A stretch of 64,000 nucleotides of DNA, taken from positions 928,001-992,000 of the forward strand of contig CAVSTP010000004.1 of the NCBI GenBank assembly GCA_963730935.1, written 5' to 3'. The position numbers and the translations under genes are program-made. Source of the DNA: an uncultured Nitrospiraceae bacterium. GTDB lineage: Bacteria; Nitrospirota; Nitrospiria; Nitrospirales; Nitrospiraceae. Shown piece by piece: positions 62,586 to 64,000 of the stretch. The notes under the pieces are model-generated. The model was not told the origin of the DNA. It did no database searches and saw only the letters and a list, made by a program, of their open reading frames with translations. Numbering within the stretch: the stretch's first letter is position 1; every line of letters begins with the position of its first letter.

Positions 62586-63030
62586 TCAGAGAGTGGGGGT
62601 TTTGGGGACATCGCGCAGGTATCGCCACACTGTTCTTGAGCTCAGTCCTACCTGTTTGCCTATCTTGCCCCTCCCGAGGCCTTGCCGGCGCAACTCAAGC
62701 ATCTGTGCGCAGGCAGCCGGATCGGTTTCTTGGATAGTCTTTCTTCCCCAGCGTTGTCCCTTGGCCCGGACTCGCTTGATACCAGCTTTAACACGTTCTT
62801 GAATCATCGACCGTTCAAATTGCGAGAATACGCCTAGGATGGAAAAAAGTGCATGGCCGGCAGGCGTAGTCGTATCAATACCTTGCTGGTGGATAAAGAG
62901 GTCGACCTTCTTGGCGTGAATCTCATCCAAGAAGTTCACTAGGTGACTGAGTGACCGACCCAGGCGGTCAACGGCCCATACCATCACGACGTCGAACTCT
63001 CGTCGAGTGGCTCCCTTCATCTGTTTGTTT
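62586..63030 (-). pseudogene. Serine recombinase (resolvase) lacking the catalytic N-terminus
   Basis: VDRLGRS, IDTTTPAG, FERSMIQERV and C-terminal HTH; no YxRVS motif. Confidence 0.85.
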
Positions 63031-63195
63031 GGCGATGGCAGAATCGTTTTGCCGATGGTCAGTTTTATACAGTTTGGCTCCCGCCTACCTTCTAACATGC
63101 CCGCATGATAACGAGGGTTCTCACTAGTGCTTCATTTTCAGTCCTTATTAACTTTGCTTTCTATCTCAATAACTGAGGCAAGAAGGGAGCCGCAT

Positions 63196-64000
63196 ATGAA
63201 CCCTTCACAGAATAATGGAAACTTGAGGGCAGACGTCGGCTCTCAGGACATCGTGGGCAGGGCGGAGCGAGCGGAAGATACCACGCTGCAACAGCGGAGC
63301 CACTTACTAGAACGGCAACTCACCGAGCGCACTCAGGAGTTAGGCCGTTCGCTCGTGGATCTCCGGTCCCTGGCGACAGCGCTCGATGCTGCGGAGCAGC
63401 GTGAGCGCACGCGCCTAGCCACAGAGTTGCACGACTATCTGGCGCAGTTGCTCGTGCTCGGCCGTATGAAACTCGGACAGCTGCAACGACTCCCTCTGCC
63501 TTCAGCGGGCGATGTGATGGTCCAAGAGGTCGAGGACGTGTTGACTCACGCCTTACAGTATTGCCAGACGTTGATGGCCGAGTTGAGTCCACCTATCCTG
63601 CATGAACAAGGACTGGTCGCTGGGATTCGAGCGCTCGCTACACAGATGAAGCGTCACGATCTGGAGGTACGAGTGGAGCTGGATCAGATAGATGAGGGCG
63701 CCATTTCTCTCAGTTGCGCCGTCCTGCTTTTTCGATCGGTGCGGGAACTGCTAATCAACACGGCGAAGCATGCGGCCGTGAAACAGGCGACCGTCCGCCT
63801 AACCTGCGACCAGGGCCTGCTTCAGATAGTGGTGCGTGATGAGAGCGGCTTCGATCTCGCGGCCACGCAAGGGCCACAGCCTGCCGGCATGGGAAGCGTC
63901 CTCTCTTTGAAGATCGGCCTCCTCACGATCCGGGAACGAATGAAAGCCTTGAACGGTCGCTTTGATTTCGCCTCGGCGCCGAAGCAGGGAACCACGGCGA
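63196..64000 (+). CDS. Sensor-less HisKA_3 histidine kinase, copy 2 (runs off the window)
   Basis: Highly similar to 55886-56764, including upstream sequence. Confidence 0.85.
   Translation, partial: MNPSQNNGNLRADVGSQDIVGRAERAEDTTLQQRSHLLERQLTERTQELGRSLVDLRSLATALDAAEQRERTRLATELHDYLAQLLVLGRMKLGQLQRLPLPSAGDVMVQEVEDVLTHALQYCQTLMAELSPPILHEQGLVAGIRALATQMKRHDLEVRVELDQIDEGAISLSCAVLLFRSVRELLINTAKHAAVKQATVRLTCDQGLLQIVVRDESGFDLAATQGPQPAGMGSVLSLKIGLLTIRERMKALNGRFDFASAPKQGTTA

Overview
Bacterial chromosomal window, probably from a Nitrospira-like genome (inferred from gene content and protein families, not checked). About 1-37.5 kb is GC-rich and mostly ordinary: lipoproteins, GT4, an AraC/methyltransferase/AhpD cluster, NfeD-stomatin, a K+/H+ antiporter, a ProA paralogue lacking its catalytic Cys, ltaE, gnd, zwf, a HEAT/HD-GYP pair, Skp, a radical SAM protein and serS. 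From 37.6 kb to the end, the region around serS and tRNA-Ser(TGA)/tRNA-Ser(GCT)/tRNA-Phe is built from decayed integrated elements. It has two dead tyrosine integrases, a truncated serine resolvase and several tRNA 3'-fragment att scars with 11-bp-period direct repeats nearby. Its cargo is strongly biased towards signalling: about 10 receiver domains without DNA-binding output (one subfamily has Glu at the phospho-acceptor site), two copies of a sensor-less HisKA_3 kinase, three PilZ proteins (one fused to a Fis-type HTH) and a REC-sigma2-ChrR cupin fusion. It also carries many Cys-rich microproteins, a triplicated upstream-sequence+ORF cassette and stress genes (hemerythrin, DUF3309, Hsp20), several preceded by a TAG-N8-CTA palindrome. 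All protein calls come from reading motifs by eye; no database searches were run.
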